The position numbers and the translations under genes are program-made. From Vicugna vicugna (taxonomy: Eukaryota): DNA of 64,000 nt. Under the pieces are notes generated by a model. It did no database searches. It was not told the origin of the DNA and saw nothing but the letters and a program-made list of their open reading frames with translations. The stretch lies in NCBI GenBank assembly GCA_013265495.1, contig MU058781.1, positions 8,599,009 to 8,663,008 on the forward strand, written 5' to 3'. This document shows positions 61,741 through 64,000 of this stretch, piece after piece (position 1 is the stretch's first letter; the number at the start of each line of letters is the position of its first letter).

Positions 61741-64000
61741 TGCACAGGTGTCTTGATGCCAAATTTCTGAATCAGTGAATAAACCTATGGCCTTTAACAC
61801 TTCTGATAAAACTTTTAAGCCACCAGCTTTAGAAACAAGATAGAATATATGCTTTACTGTTTTGTATCATTGGGGGTTTCAATTTTAGAGAAATGGAAAC
61901 ATGTCATGTCAGGCTGGCTTTCCAGGTGACATAAATAGGTGTCATCAATATTTTTCAGGGTATGAGCCTTCATTTTACAGGTTCAGAAACTTGATTTTTG
62001 TAGATTTTCCTAGAGTTAAATGGACTCAAGGATCAAATTCATCATAAATGTCTCACATATTCAGTATCTCCTGGAAGCACGCGTGACTGTGGTCAACAGC
62101 AGCCAGCCCCCCAGAATCACAAGGATTTCCTGCCCCTGCTCTCCCACAATCTGGGGAAATGCTAATTTCCTGACTTCCAGGAAGAGTCGCTTTTAGCAGC
62201 CAGTATGACAGGATTCACAGGGAAGCATCTTTCTGTAACGTAAGGAATCACTCTGATCCTCTACACTTGGTTCCCTTTGAGGCTACTTGGGCCCACCTCA
62301 TGCTTTATTACTATGTTTCTTGTCCTCTACCCAGCCGTGCGAGCCCCAGTTACTGGTTTTCTGGTCTCTGCAGGAGATACTTCTATTTGCTCCTCGCATT
62401 TCTCCAGTCTTTGGTTTCCTCCACTTCTTCCATCACTTTTCCCCTGTAGCTTTTTTTTTTTTAACTTTTTAAACTTCTTATTGAAATTCCCTTTTCTATA
62501 ATGAACCAGCTTTCCTTACACTGTTAACGTCTTCACAAAAGTCTATGTCCTTGGTGATTATACTTCAGTGAGGCTGAGAAGAAAAAAGTCCATGCTCAAT
62601 TCGTTTTTCTTTCTTAAATGGAAGTCACAGAAACAGAAAATCTTCAAAGTCTTCCAGACTCTTGATGCATGGAGCAGATGAAAGTGCAGTAAGAGGATGT
62701 GTAGGAGAAGGTGGAGAGGAAGATCTGGTCCCCCTTGCTCAGCCTCCCCTGTGTCCCTGACCTGATCCCTCAGGGATGTCATTAGGAGTCAGGGTCCTAC
62801 AGCCCTGCGTTCAGAGAAGCCGCCTCTCCCCCATAGCTGGGTGCCCCTGTTGACCCGGGTGCTGCTGCTTCTCCAGAACCACAGGGCCGCTCTCAGCAAC
62901 CCCTGCTACTCCAGATCTCTGCTCTTCCTTCCTGCAGGGACCTGGGTTTGAAGGCCCATTTCTTTGTCTTCTCACTAGATCGTGAACCCCTACAGAGCAG
63001 TGAGTAGCTTCTAATTTTTGTGTTTCCTTGTGTCTGGCATGTGAGTGACTGAATGGTAGAAATGACCAAATGAAATGCTGGATTATTGACCTCTTTATAA
63101 ATACTAGTTCTTACAGGCGAACCCAGGGACTTGTACTGGCAGTAAGTACAATAAAGGAAACCTGTGGAACCTGGACTCATTGGGAGTTTCTTGACTGGCT
63201 TTACGTGGCCAGTTCATCAGGGAATGGTAGCTTGTTAACGTCCAGATTCACTTTACAGAAATGACTGCCGTGTCTAAAAGGATTAACTGCTATGATGACC
63301 TGCCTCAGGCGCCTACTTTGTTTGCCATTGTTTTAAGTGTTGAGAAACTTTTACCCTTTGGACTCCTCTCTTCTAGGTGTAGTGAAGACCATGCCCTTTA
63401 TGGTGGCATTGTTTCTTCTCGCAGGGCATAAAATGTGCAATGAAAGTTTTAGCTTTATTGGTTAGAAAAAATTTTGTCATGAGATTATACCCCAGTTATT
63501 TTGGATATGAAATGTCTCCAGAAATCCCCAGTTACGTATTTGAATACATCTGTTTAGATGATTTTTTCTTTTTGGATTGATAAATCCCATCAAGACTCAG
63601 AGTAATTTTAGTTTTAACTTTGGGCAGCTCTAAGCCTAACTCTCCAAGTGCTTACAATGGTCATATCTGGAGACAGTTGTATGGTAGCTGCAAACTCTTT
63701 CCTCCTTGAAGATTGTTCTAAAATTTAGAAAGGGCATCATGGTTATTGAAATATATTGCAGACATAGATCCTTATTTGTTTTATCTTAGATTGTTCGCTA
63801 AGATGTTTTTATGAGTTTCACAGGGCTACATGCCTGCGCATAAATACTGGGGTTAGTATCCGTTTGAATATTTGAATGTAGACAGTACCGACATGCAGAG
63901 TAGTCAAGAGTGCTTCCTTGGCACAGAAGCAGATTAATTGACCCTCTCTCTTTTCAGTGTTGCTCTAAGAGTTTTTTAAGAGTGTTATCAATGTACATTA

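Larger units (their letters stand above)
7011..64000 (+). other. CDKAL1: 5' part of the very large CDKAL1 intron (human intron 5 equivalent)
   Basis: Begins GTAAGT. I did not find the next expected exon (KAQEENKKIVLAGCVPQAQP...) in the window, consistent with the very long human intron. Confidence 0.85.

Overview
Mammalian, AT-rich and CpG-depleted DNA, most likely from a camelid (three vic-1-type tRNA-derived SINEs and several young L1 3' ends). The whole window lies inside the CDKAL1 gene (tRNA-Lys(UUU) t6A37 methylthiotransferase) on the + strand. It holds the end of one large intron (1-6925), a single 85-nt coding exon (6926-7010; peptide [29 protein letters not shown]; human exon 5) and 57 kb of the next intron. 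In human, that intron carries the type 2 diabetes GWAS signal and long-range enhancers linked to SOX4. Much of the sequence is transposon debris (L1, L2, MIR, MLT1, an ERV1 solo LTR, hAT and Tigger MITEs). None of the listed ORFs looks like a real gene, and I see no new protein-coding system. The best leads are: a TSD-flanked retro-insertion with chimeric cargo (17.0-17.7 kb); a probable orthologue of the human T2D SNP region (15.2-15.5 kb); motif-dense candidate enhancers (islet factors 36.4-36.8 kb, SOX/homeobox 41.7-42.0 kb and 43.9-44.1 kb, bZIP/bHLH 43.6 kb, FOX:ETS 52.2-52.4 kb); two candidate poison exons; and a cluster of fold-back repeats (55.7-56.6 kb). Repeat families were recognised by eye, so boundaries of old repeats are approximate.
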